Of a stretch of 64,000 bases of DNA, positions 55,457 through 64,000 are shown in pieces. The first letter of the stretch is position 1. Each line of letters starts with the position of its first letter. The stretch comes from an uncultured Gemmatimonadales bacterium (GTDB taxonomy: Bacteria; Gemmatimonadota; Gemmatimonadetes; Gemmatimonadales; GWC2-71-9): the NCBI GenBank assembly GCA_963711915.1, contig CAVQGA010000016.1, forward strand, positions 2,143 to 66,142, written 5' to 3'. Below the pieces are notes generated by a model. The model did not search any database, was not told the DNA's origin, and worked only from the letters and a program-made list of their open reading frames with translations. The translations under genes were made by a program, and so were the position numbers.

Positions 55457-58400
55457 TTCGGCGGACCGCAGGTGTCGCTCTGGCGGCGCTCCTGGCCGCC
55501 GCGCTGCCGCTCCAGGCCGGTGCGCGCCCTCGGCCGGGCCCGAACAGCCGCCCCGGATTTCGCCTCTTCGCGCGGGCCTTGGGTGCGCTCACCGTCAATC
55601 GGGTCTCCTGCGGTCTGACAGCGAATGGCAACATCTGTGTCGACACGACCGGGTCGGGGTTCGTGGGCGGAGGGCACTGGCCCAAGGGCACTCCGGATCA
55701 GTACGTCTTCAGTTCCGGGCTGCAGGTCGCCGGAGTGATTGGTGGGATCAGGTCGGAGAACCCCTGGGCGGGCGACACAATCGGGGATGCGTTCTTGAAC
55801 TTCCGAGGCCCTGGCATTGGCGAGCAGGTGCTGCCCATATACAACTCGACGGACCCGAGCGACGTGGCCAACTGGCCGGCCGCCGCCTTCGTACCGGACG
55901 AGCCGAACGAGGCCGACAATCTCTTCGGTCCTTCCCTCCGTGGCCGGCTGGCTGCCTCCGAGGGCGACGTCTGGTGGCTCACCTGGGACGGTAACCCGGC
56001 GCTGACCGAGGAGCGACCCCACCCCCTCGGGCTGGTCATAGAGCAGCGCGGCATGGGCTGGAATACGCCGAGCGGCAATCAAGACATCATCTACTTCATC
56101 TTCACGCTCTACAACATCACCTCGACCCGAGCGTCAGATTACGTGGGCGTGCGTCCTGCGATGCGGGACATTCTGCTGGACAAGGCGCGGGACTTTCAGG
56201 AACTGAACAACGCGGCCTTCGGCATCAAGCTGCCCGAAACGGGATATCCGATCATCAACGCCTACGTCGCCTTTGCCGCGGATATGGATGTCGGCGACGC
56301 CGGCCAGAACTACTCCTCGGTCAACAGCCCATTCGCGCTGGGATACACCTACGAGCATGACTTTCCTCAGCGGGAGGACTGGATCTTCGACCCCGCCATC
56401 TTCGGCCCGCCGTTCTTCCCCGGGACCGGCTTCGCGGGGGTGAAGTACCTCCGCAGCCCGCGCGACTCCCTGGGCCGAGAGGCCGGCCTTACCGTGTTCG
56501 GCGCCTTTGCCGGGGGGGACCAGGATCCGGCGAGCTCGGTTCAGCTCTACCGCTATCTCACCGGTGCTCCGGATCCCAGGGCGGGTGACCCTCCGTGCAA
56601 TGTCGGAGACGCCAGGGTCACGCACATCTGCTTCATCAACAAGAGCCCGCCAAGCGACATGCGATTCTTTCAAACCACCGGCCCGCTCACCTTGCCGCCG
56701 GGCGTGTCCCAATCGGTCGTCGTGGCCTACATTTTCGCGGCCCCGGTGGCCGCGGCGGGATGCCCGCAGGTGTGCGACGCGACGCCCGGCGACCCGACCA
56801 TTCTTGGCGATGCCGGCCGTATGTCCGCAGGAGTGAATCCGATCGACTCGTTAACGGGTTACCAGGGGTACCAGGATGCCAACGGAGATGGCCGGGTGGA
56901 GCAGAGCGAGTTCGAGGTCGTCCCGGGCTCGCTACTGGGCAAGGCACTGGTGGCGCAGCAGATGTTCGACAACGGCTTCGTGCTCCCGGCCACGGCTCCC
57001 GATGCGCCCGACTTTTTCCTGATCCCGGGGTCGAACCAGGTGACCATCATCTGGCGCCCGTCGGCGACCGAGACGGCCGGGGACCCCTCGATCGGGCTGG
57101 TGGGCGAGCCGACCCTGCCCGACGGCACGCCCAATCCGCAGTACGACCCGAACTTTCGGCGCTTCGACGTGGAGGGCTATCGCATCTACCGCGGCCGGGT
57201 GGACACGCCGAGCCAGCTCCAGCTCATCGCCCAGTTCGACTACGCCGGCACCACGATGATCGACTGGCGCGGGCAGGTGAATCCGGGGTCCGGCTGCGCC
57301 CCGGAGCTCGGGATCAACACCGTAACCGTGTCGGCAGGGGACACGACGTTCGGCTGCCGGGTGCCGTTCGATTCGGTGAGAGCCGGCGTGGCGCCCACGG
57401 TGAGCGATACGGTACCGCTGGTGGGACCGGTCGTCCAGGTAAGGCTGGCCCCCGAGGGACGGCAACGACTGGCCACGGGCGCGGTTCTCACGGTACAGTC
57501 CGATACCGCGGTCACCGGGGCCGCGTCGGGCTGCCTTGCTGCTGCGGGAGGCGACGGGGCGCAGTGCGCGCTGCGCGATACCGGTGTGCCGTTCGCGTTC
57601 GTGGACCGGGGGGTGCGCAATGACCTGCGGTACTTCTACGCGGTCGCGGCGTTCGACGTCAACTCGATCCAGTCGGGCCCCTCGAGCCTCGAGTCGCCGC
57701 GGCGCACCAAGGCTGCGACGCCCGTCAGCGAGGCCTCGAACCTCGAGCGCTCGGGCACCCTGCAGGTTTCGCTCCTCGGTCGCGGGGTTACTCTGGACAC
57801 CGGCGGTGCCGTTCCGAACCTGGACCCCGCCACGGGCCGCTTCGCCGGACCGTTTCCTCCTGCCAACGGCTTCGCGGCCGGGCTGACGGACCTGCTGCAG
57901 ACCTTGCTTCCCGACGCGCGGTCCGGCTCGGTGTTGCTGACGCTGGATAGCCTGCGGCTCGGCTCAGCCTACGAGCACGAAGAGGGTGCACCCGGCTTGC
58001 CGGCCATCTCCTATCTGACGTCGGCGGGAGAGGCCGGAGCAACCAACATCCAGATCCCTGTCGTCCAGAGCCAGACGTCGGATTCGGGAAGCGGCTTCAG
58101 CTACGCCGATGCCGTGCCGCTGGATGCGGCGACGAGCGGCCGCTTCGGCGGTGGTGCGGGATTTCAACTGCGAGGCCGGCTGGACCTCGAGCTTCCCGGG
58201 AACTACTACACCGGCGCATGGGGTCGCGGGTGCCGCAATGCCGCTCCCGGGTTCTCGGCCACGGGCACTACCGGGTGCGAGTACAACGGACCTCGCTGGT
58301 TTGACGGCCCGTCGCCGGAGCGGAACGAAACCGTGGTCCACCCGCAGGCCTCCCATCCCTCGAACTCCGCCTCGCCCGGCCCCATGGCCGGCCTCACGAA

Positions 58401-59400
58401 CGCGGGCGCGCTGACCGGGGTGGCGACCATTCAGATGCCGCACTCATACGAGACGGCGGAAGCCGAGTATCGCGTCGTCGAAGGGGTCCTGGGCGCCGCC
58501 CAGCGAGCCGCCGACTTCAACCTCTGGTGGGGCGCGGGGGGCCGCATCGACTCAGTCATCGACGTGACGCACAACGTCCCGGTGCCCTTCGACAGTCTCC
58601 GGCTCGGCGCCTCCTGGGGCGTGCTGAATCAGGCAGCCACCAGAGCCGCCGGCTCCTACGACCAGCGGCCCGACGTGCTCACCAGCATGGATTTCACCTG
58701 CGTCGAGCCGCTCCGGTCTTCCGCGGCGGTTCAGGCCGCGTACCCGTGCGTGGCGGACCGGTTCGGGCTGAGTCGTGCCGCTGCTCCGGGGCCGGTGGCG
58801 ATCTGGGACCAGTCCGCGGCGCTCTCACGAACGGCGGTGGCTCGTCCCGATCCGGGCTTCGCCCTCTATCTGGCCGGCAACTTGACCGTGTTCGAGCTGG
58901 CGGGACGATTGCCGGATTCGGGTGCCGTCTGGAGCTTGCGCACCTACGTGGGCGCGATCAGTGGCGGCCGTGGCGCCGCCGGCGATCGTGGTCCCTACAC
59001 CTTCGCCGCGCAGCGCCGGCCGCTCACGGCCGTGGGAGTCCAGCTCCGTCTCGAGTACAGCGTGACCAACCGTCTGCGCGCGGCCACCCGGACCGATCTC
59101 ACCCGGGTTCACACCGTGCCGGATCCCTATTACGTCACTAACGGATTCGAGCGAACGACCGAGAGCAAGGTCATTCAGTTCGTCAATCTGCCCGCGGACT
59201 GCATCATCCGGATCTATTCCTCGAGCGGCGTGCTGGTGTCCCTGCTGGAGCACCACTCGGGCACCGACGGCGGGTCCGAGCAGTGGGACGTGCTCAATCG
59301 AAACAACCAGGTGGTGGCGAGCGGAGTCTACTTCTTCCATATCGAGGCCGGCGACGCTCGCCGGGTGGGCCGGTTCGTCGTGGTCAATTTCGCCCCGTAG
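55453..59400 (+). CDS. very large secreted protein (about 1315 aa) with FN3-like region(s) and a T9SS type-A-like (FlgD-Ig-like) C-terminal sorting domain; function unknown
   Basis: Signal peptide (L)IRRTAGVALAALLAAALPLQAGA begins at the TBDR stop. FN3-like segment ..VTIIWRPS..FDVEGYRIYRG... C-terminus VPDPYYV..IQFVNLPADCIIRIYSSSGVLVSLL..WDVLNRNNQVVASGVYFFHIEAGDARRVGRFVVVN. The start codon is uncertain (CTG 55453; no ATG/GTG/TTG nearby). Confidence 0.75.
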   Translation: MIRRTAGVALAALLAAALPLQAGARPRPGPNSRPGFRLFARALGALTVNRVSCGLTANGNICVDTTGSGFVGGGHWPKGTPDQYVFSSGLQVAGVIGGIRSENPWAGDTIGDAFLNFRGPGIGEQVLPIYNSTDPSDVANWPAAAFVPDEPNEADNLFGPSLRGRLAASEGDVWWLTWDGNPALTEERPHPLGLVIEQRGMGWNTPSGNQDIIYFIFTLYNITSTRASDYVGVRPAMRDILLDKARDFQELNNAAFGIKLPETGYPIINAYVAFAADMDVGDAGQNYSSVNSPFALGYTYEHDFPQREDWIFDPAIFGPPFFPGTGFAGVKYLRSPRDSLGREAGLTVFGAFAGGDQDPASSVQLYRYLTGAPDPRAGDPPCNVGDARVTHICFINKSPPSDMRFFQTTGPLTLPPGVSQSVVVAYIFAAPVAAAGCPQVCDATPGDPTILGDAGRMSAGVNPIDSLTGYQGYQDANGDGRVEQSEFEVVPGSLLGKALVAQQMFDNGFVLPATAPDAPDFFLIPGSNQVTIIWRPSATETAGDPSIGLVGEPTLPDGTPNPQYDPNFRRFDVEGYRIYRGRVDTPSQLQLIAQFDYAGTTMIDWRGQVNPGSGCAPELGINTVTVSAGDTTFGCRVPFDSVRAGVAPTVSDTVPLVGPVVQVRLAPEGRQRLATGAVLTVQSDTAVTGAASGCLAAAGGDGAQCALRDTGVPFAFVDRGVRNDLRYFYAVAAFDVNSIQSGPSSLESPRRTKAATPVSEASNLERSGTLQVSLLGRGVTLDTGGAVPNLDPATGRFAGPFPPANGFAAGLTDLLQTLLPDARSGSVLLTLDSLRLGSAYEHEEGAPGLPAISYLTSAGEAGATNIQIPVVQSQTSDSGSGFSYADAVPLDAATSGRFGGGAGFQLRGRLDLELPGNYYTGAWGRGCRNAAPGFSATGTTGCEYNGPRWFDGPSPERNETVVHPQASHPSNSASPGPMAGLTNAGALTGVATIQMPHSYETAEAEYRVVEGVLGAAQRAADFNLWWGAGGRIDSVIDVTHNVPVPFDSLRLGASWGVLNQAATRAAGSYDQRPDVLTSMDFTCVEPLRSSAAVQAAYPCVADRFGLSRAAAPGPVAIWDQSAALSRTAVARPDPGFALYLAGNLTVFELAGRLPDSGAVWSLRTYVGAISGGRGAAGDRGPYTFAAQRRPLTAVGVQLRLEYSVTNRLRAATRTDLTRVHTVPDPYYVTNGFERTTESKVIQFVNLPADCIIRIYSSSGVLVSLLEHHSGTDGGSEQWDVLNRNNQVVASGVYFFHIEAGDARRVGRFVVVNFAP

Positions 59401-59493
59401 AGCTGCACGACCTGGCGCCAGGCCGACCGCCAGCATCGGTCGGGTCGGGTGGGAACGGGTCGAGGCGAGTCTCGCTATGGAGAGCGACACAGA

Positions 59494-62463
59494 ATGCCCG
59501 AGCTTTCCAATGCATTGGGAGCCGTCTTCTCCGGCCGGTACGCAGTCGAGCGCGAGCTGGGCCGCGGCGGGATGGCCACGGTCTATCTCGCCCATGACCT
59601 GAAGCACGCCCGGCCGGTGGCGCTCAAGGTGCTGCATCCGGAACTCGCCGCCGCACTCGGAGCCGAGCGGTTCCTGCGCGAAATCGAGGTGGTGGGTCGT
59701 CTGCAACACCCCCACATCCTGCCGCTGTTCGACTCTGGAAAGGCCGTCGTAAGTTGTGAGTCGCAAGTCGTGAGGGAAGCACCAGCGACTCAGGACTCAC
59801 GACCCACGACCGTTCTCTACTACGTCATGCCGTACGTCGCGGGCGAGTCCCTCCGCCAGCGGCTGGAGCGGGATGGCCAGCTCCCGCTGGAGGACGGGGT
59901 CCGCATCGCATGCCAGGTGCTTGCCGCGCTGGGCTACGCCCACGCGCAGGGCATCGTGCACCGCGACATCAAGCCCGAGAACATCCTGCTGCAGGGCGAC
60001 CAGGCGATGGTGGCCGACTTCGGCCTCGCCCGGGCGGTGAGCACCGCGGGTGGCGAGAGGCTCACCGAGACCGGCCTGACGCTTGGCACCCCCGTGTACA
60101 TGAGTCCGGAACAGGCGACCGGCGACGGCCGCCTCGACGGGCGGAGCGACCTGTATTCGCTCGGCTGTGTGCTGTACGAAATGCTCGCGGGCGAGCCCCC
60201 GTTCACCGGCCGGACGCCCCAGGTGATCTTGGCCAGGCGGCTGAGTGAGCCGGTGCCCCGTCTGATCACGATCCGCGAGGTCCCCGAGGGGGTCGAGCGG
60301 GCCGTCGCCCGGGCCCTCGCGCGCGCGCCCGCCGACCGGTTCGCCAGCGCCGACCAGTTCGCCGGCGCGCTCGAGGCCAGGATCGGCCCGGACACGCCTC
60401 GAATCCCGCCCGCGGCCCGGAGCGCGGGGCATCCGCTCCGTATGCGGATCGCGCTGGGGGCCCTCGCCGTGCTCGCCGCCCTGGGCGTTGGGCTCTGGCG
60501 CTGGCCTCATCCCCCAGCGCCGGCACTGGATCCGAACCTGGTGGCGGTCGCGCCGTTCGACGTGCTCGACCCGAAGCTGGCCCTCTGGCACGACGGCTTG
60601 GTGGACGTGCTGGCGCGCACGCTCGACGGCCTGGGCCCGCTGCGCACCGTCTCACCCACGGTGGTCCTGCGCCGCTGGAGCGGGCGAGCCGATCCGGCCT
60701 CGGCCCGTGAGCTCGGCCGTCGCACGGGGGCGCGGCTCGCGGTGTTCGGGCAGTTGGTCGGCCTGGGCGGCGATTCGGCCCGCCTCAGCGCCACCCTGCT
60801 CGACGTAGCCACCGGCACCCCTCGCGGCGAATTCGAGCGCTCCGATGTCGCCACGCGGCTGAGCTCGCTCGCCGATTCGCTCTCCCTTGCCTTCCTGCGC
60901 GATCTGGGGACCTCGGCCCGTGGTCCGGTGCGCCTGGCGTCGGTGGGAACCACGTCCATCGTAGCGCTCAAGGCGTTCCTCCAGGGCGAGCAGCATTTCC
61001 GCCGGGGCGCGCTCGATTCGTCGATCGCGAGCTTCGAGCGCGCCGTCGAGCTCGACAGCACTTTCGCCCTGGCGCTCCGCCGCTTGGGACTAGCCCATGG
61101 CTGGAAGAGTGACGAATCGCCGACACCGTTCGCACTCCGAGCCGGCCGATTCAACCACGGGCTCTCCCCGAGAGACAGCCTCCTGGTGACGGCGGATTCC
61201 CTCGATGCCGGGGCGCGGGACAGTTTCACGGACGCCCTGCTGGATCGGGCAAAGCGGTCGCCCCTGGAGAAGAGGCGTTTCCAGATCCTGGAAATGGCGA
61301 GTCGGAGCTATCCCGGCGATCCGGAAGTCTGGTACCAACTCGGCGAGGCTCGGGAGCATTATGGGTATGAGGTCGGGGCCACCGTTGCTCAGGAGCTGGG
61401 CGCGTTCGACCGCTCGATTGCCCTCGACTCGACGTTCGCAGAAGCGTATGTGCACCCCATCGAACGTACGCTGAATCGGGGCGAGTGCGGGCGAGCGCTG
61501 ACGTACCTCCGGCCTGCCAGCTCCATGCACCTCGCGCGTGATAACCTGCCTGCCGCGTCCGCGGTTGCGCCCATCCTCGCACGCATCCTCGACGGCACCG
61601 CCGGGCGGCGGGATCAGATCCAGCCGATCATCGACACGCTGTCGGGCGAGATGCTTCATAGCGTCACCTGGATGCTCCGCCACTGCCCCGATCCGGCCGA
61701 GACGGCCATCTGGATGGCTCGGCAATTGGTGCGGCCCCGTCCTGGCCGGGCCCCGATGAAGTATCCGCCGGACGCCAACAACGACCTGGCGCAGAGCCTC
61801 CTGAACCGCGGCCACCTGCGAGAGGGCCTTCGCGTCCTGCGAGACAAGCCGATCATCGATGGCGGCTCCGGCTTCTTCTTCACCCAACTGGCGCTGCTCG
61901 GCGTGGTTCCCAGGGACACCGCCGCGGCGCTCTTTGCCCGTTGGCTGAGGGGACCCGACTTGGGTCCGACGATCCTCCCCCTGGCGTGGTGGGCCAGTCA
62001 GGGCGATACGTCCTCGATCCACGCGATGATGGAACGCTCCGTGGCGGCCGCCACCTCGGGCGGGAGCGACGAAGAAACGCAGAGACAGGCGGTTGAGTAC
62101 GCCCGTATCGGTCGGACGTTCCTCGCGCTGGCCCGCCGCGACACGGTGGAGGTCTGGCGCAGGCTGGCCGACGCACCCGATTGGCACGACATCACGCTAT
62201 TGCGGTCCAGGCTCCTCGCCGCTCAGGGGAAAGACTCCGCAGCCGCGCTGGTGCTTGACTGGACCCATTGGGAAGGAACAGCCAACGTGCTCCAGCACCT
62301 GCTGCAGGCTCGAGTTGCCGAGCGGCTTGGCCGGCGCGACGAGGCGCTCCGCTCCTATCAACTCGTGGTCGACATGTGGCGCCATCCCGACCCCGAGTTG
62401 ACGCCTTACGCGGCCGAAGCTCAGGCCGGGCTGGAACGGGTGACCGGGGAAGGCGGCCGGTGA
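59494..62463 (+). CDS. Ser/Thr protein kinase (Hanks type) with one TM helix and an extracytoplasmic TPR sensor region
   Basis: GRGGMATVYLA, VALKVL, HRDIKPENILL, DFGLA and SPEQ motifs, then IALGALAVLAALGVGLW (TM), LDPNLVAVAPF.. and TPR-like repeats. Confidence 0.9.
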   Translation: MPELSNALGAVFSGRYAVERELGRGGMATVYLAHDLKHARPVALKVLHPELAAALGAERFLREIEVVGRLQHPHILPLFDSGKAVVSCESQVVREAPATQDSRPTTVLYYVMPYVAGESLRQRLERDGQLPLEDGVRIACQVLAALGYAHAQGIVHRDIKPENILLQGDQAMVADFGLARAVSTAGGERLTETGLTLGTPVYMSPEQATGDGRLDGRSDLYSLGCVLYEMLAGEPPFTGRTPQVILARRLSEPVPRLITIREVPEGVERAVARALARAPADRFASADQFAGALEARIGPDTPRIPPAARSAGHPLRMRIALGALAVLAALGVGLWRWPHPPAPALDPNLVAVAPFDVLDPKLALWHDGLVDVLARTLDGLGPLRTVSPTVVLRRWSGRADPASARELGRRTGARLAVFGQLVGLGGDSARLSATLLDVATGTPRGEFERSDVATRLSSLADSLSLAFLRDLGTSARGPVRLASVGTTSIVALKAFLQGEQHFRRGALDSSIASFERAVELDSTFALALRRLGLAHGWKSDESPTPFALRAGRFNHGLSPRDSLLVTADSLDAGARDSFTDALLDRAKRSPLEKRRFQILEMASRSYPGDPEVWYQLGEAREHYGYEVGATVAQELGAFDRSIALDSTFAEAYVHPIERTLNRGECGRALTYLRPASSMHLARDNLPAASAVAPILARILDGTAGRRDQIQPIIDTLSGEMLHSVTWMLRHCPDPAETAIWMARQLVRPRPGRAPMKYPPDANNDLAQSLLNRGHLREGLRVLRDKPIIDGGSGFFFTQLALLGVVPRDTAAALFARWLRGPDLGPTILPLAWWASQGDTSSIHAMMERSVAAATSGGSDEETQRQAVEYARIGRTFLALARRDTVEVWRRLADAPDWHDITLLRSRLLAAQGKDSAAALVLDWTHWEGTANVLQHLLQARVAERLGRRDEALRSYQLVVDMWRHPDPELTPYAAEAQAGLERVTGEGGR

Positions 62464-62680
62464 ATTCGATGGCGCGTTCCCTCGACCGCTTGTCGGCGGC
62501 TCTCGCCGAGCAGTACGCCCTGGGCCGCGAGCACCGCGCACGTGGTGCAACTCCTGGTGTACGATCAAGCCTTCAGCGGGCCGTTCCTCGAGAACTTTTC
62601 GCTCCCGCCGCCGCTGAGTCTCTAGTTGGCCCGGATCGAGGAGGCAAAGGGCCAGGTCACCGCGGCGGGTCGTCGATCTC

Positions 62681-63112
62681 TCAGGTTTGCGGCGCACAAT
62701 CGGCTGGCGGCGCTCGGGAACAGGGGGCCTGCGCGATGACATCCTCGGATGGAGCGCCGCGTTCGAGCCACTCCCGGAACACCCCCGACGCCTGCGCCAG
62801 CCGCCACTCGCCCAGGACATCGAGCGCCATGGCCCTGATCGGCCCGCTCGGAACGAATTCTGCCGGCTTCCGTACGGGCCCGCCCGCCGAATCGCATCGC
62901 CCCAGCAGCCAACCCTCGTAGTCCTCCGGTTCGGGATCATCCCGCACGGTCTCTTCCAGCAGGCGGCGCTTGACCGCCATCCCGATGGCGTCGGGCGTGG
63001 TGTTGCGCTTGCGCCGGCGGCGGCGCCCTTCCGACGCGTCGAGCGCTGACAGAAGCCGGCGGCAGATCGCGGCCGGCCGAACCGACACCGGCGGGGGAGT
63101 CGGCGCGGTCAC
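62681..63112 (-). CDS. hypothetical protein (143 aa) translationally coupled to the FdhE-like gene
   Basis: GTG 63112 overlaps the FdhE-like stop (GTGA on the minus strand). It contains an Arg-rich stretch (EGRRRRRKRN). No family recognised. Confidence 0.45.
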   Translation of the reverse strand: MTAPTPPPVSVRPAAICRRLLSALDASEGRRRRRKRNTTPDAIGMAVKRRLLEETVRDDPEPEDYEGWLLGRCDSAGGPVRKPAEFVPSGPIRAMALDVLGEWRLAQASGVFREWLERGAPSEDVIAQAPCSRAPPADCAPQT

Positions 63113-64000
63113 GTCAGGGTATTCCGTACGCCGCCCCGGACCGGCGGCGACCCTCGGCCCACCACCCGCGTCTCGAGCGGGGCGGCCCGATCCGCCGGCC
63201 GGTGGTACCCCCGGTCCAACGCGACGAGATCGAGCTCGACCGTCTCGAGATCCCGCAGCAGCAGTTCGAACGGCGGGATCGGCAGGAGGGTGGCCATCGA
63301 CTTGACGTAACCCCGGCAGCTCGCGCAGGTCTCGACCTTCAGCACGTCGCCCCCATCCTCCGGCACCAGCGAGCCCAGCCGTTCGTGATCCCGCTCGCCG
63401 CAGTAGAGGCAGCGAAGCCACTCCACCTCCCACGCTCCGCCACAGCGGCCACACCGCGCCCAGCGGCTCCGGTCGAGGCCGCGGTGCTCCACAAGCACCG
63501 GCCCACCGGCGCACACCGGACAGTGGCCGTGAGGCCAGTGGGCGGGCACACTCGCATGGAGCATTCGGCCGCAGGCGTGGAGTGACGGAAGGGTCGCCAG
63601 CTCGGCCACCGAGCCGAGCGCCGCCGGATCGACCCCCGCCGCAACCGCGAGTGCGTCGATCGCGGCGCGATCCTGCCGCACGGCGGCCTGCAGCAGCGCG
63701 ACCGCCTCCGTGGGCGGCGGCCGGTAATCGCGGAGTGATGCGGCGCCGGACAGGCCACCGGGTTCGCCGGCCGAGGCCAGCGATGCCAGACGGAGCACGA
63801 GCCGCTGCAAGCGGGCCGCATCGACCACCATCGCCCGCCCGAACAGCAGCGGAGCGCTACTCGGCGGCGCACCGGCCGAGGGGCCGGGCTCGACCGCAGC
63901 GAAGGGCGAGCGCGCGGTGTCCTCCTCCAGCGCCTCACCCACTTCCGCCAGCAGCCGAAGCCATGCCCGCCATTCGGGCCGCTGCCGCTCGAGCTCGTCT
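63109..64000 (-). CDS. FdhE-like protein (formate dehydrogenase accessory family); 5' end outside window
   Basis: Four CxxC pairs in the FdhE arrangement (CPVCAG, CGRCGGAW, CLYCGE, CASCRGYVK). The frame stays open to base 64000. Confidence 0.75.
   Translation of the reverse strand, partial: DELERQRPEWRAWLRLLAEVGEALEEDTARSPFAAVEPGPSAGAPPSSAPLLFGRAMVVDAARLQRLVLRLASLASAGEPGGLSGAASLRDYRPPPTEAVALLQAAVRQDRAAIDALAVAAGVDPAALGSVAELATLPSLHACGRMLHASVPAHWPHGHCPVCAGGPVLVEHRGLDRSRWARCGRCGGAWEVEWLRCLYCGERDHERLGSLVPEDGGDVLKVETCASCRGYVKSMATLLPIPPFELLLRDLETVELDLVALDRGYHRPADRAAPLETRVVGRGSPPVRGGVRNTLT

Noticed and set aside
59748-59760. A GTAAGT motif at the start of the kinase insert, resembling a eukaryotic 5' splice site or an intron boundary.
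   Set aside because: This is a bacterial context. The insert is in frame and has no group I/II intron features or intron-encoded ORF. The match is treated as coincidence.

Overview
This is a 64-kb bacterial chromosomal segment of roughly 70% G+C. It is densely packed, and most genes are on the + strand. Many neighbouring genes are joined by 4-nt ATGA/GTGA stop-start overlaps. The gene content, the palindromic repeat family and a T9SS-type C-terminal sorting domain suggest an FCB-group, Gemmatimonadota-like organism, but I cannot verify that here.

Gene content in order:
- 1-7.3 kb: 2-oxo-acid dehydrogenase E1alpha (5' partial), E1beta and E2; two small hypothetical genes; a PHP phosphoesterase; a Bcp-type peroxiredoxin whose catalytic Cys codon is an in-frame TGA; two SDRs.
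- 7.5-17.3 kb: trxB; an MBL hydrolase; an RCC1-repeat lipoprotein; a GT4 / DUF2334-like / flippase-like trio; a cupin; aspA; a metallophosphoesterase.
- 17.3-20.7 kb: an Rrf2 / CysM / JAMM / (Ubl-E1-rhodanese fusion) sulfur-carrier cysteine operon.
- 20.8-26.2 kb: tRNA-Leu(CAG); smpB; an amidase with one frameshift; pyrD and pyrF.
- 26.2-29.6 kb: the rpmJ-rpsM-rpsK-rpsD-rpoA-rplQ operon with its own promoter and terminator; rpmB.
- 29.7-41.4 kb: a nucleotide-sugar cluster (gmd, rmd-like, acetyltransferase, aminotransferase, two dehydrogenases, epimerase) interrupted by carB and murB.
- 41.4-47.6 kb: TPR and lipoprotein genes; bamD; nadD; secA.
- 47.6-62.5 kb: two lipoproteins; a BTAD/SARP-type membrane regulator; a TonB-dependent receptor; a 1315-aa secreted protein with a T9SS-like C-terminal domain; a Ser/Thr kinase carrying the same sensor module as the regulator.
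- 62.7-64.0 kb: an FdhE-like gene (5' partial) with a coupled partner.

No CRISPR array, transposase, integrase or prophage was recognised.

A roughly 12-kb block (about 42.3-54.4 kb) carries at least 25 frame changes in otherwise well-conserved genes, including essential secA and nadD. It most likely reflects locally poor sequence quality rather than biology.
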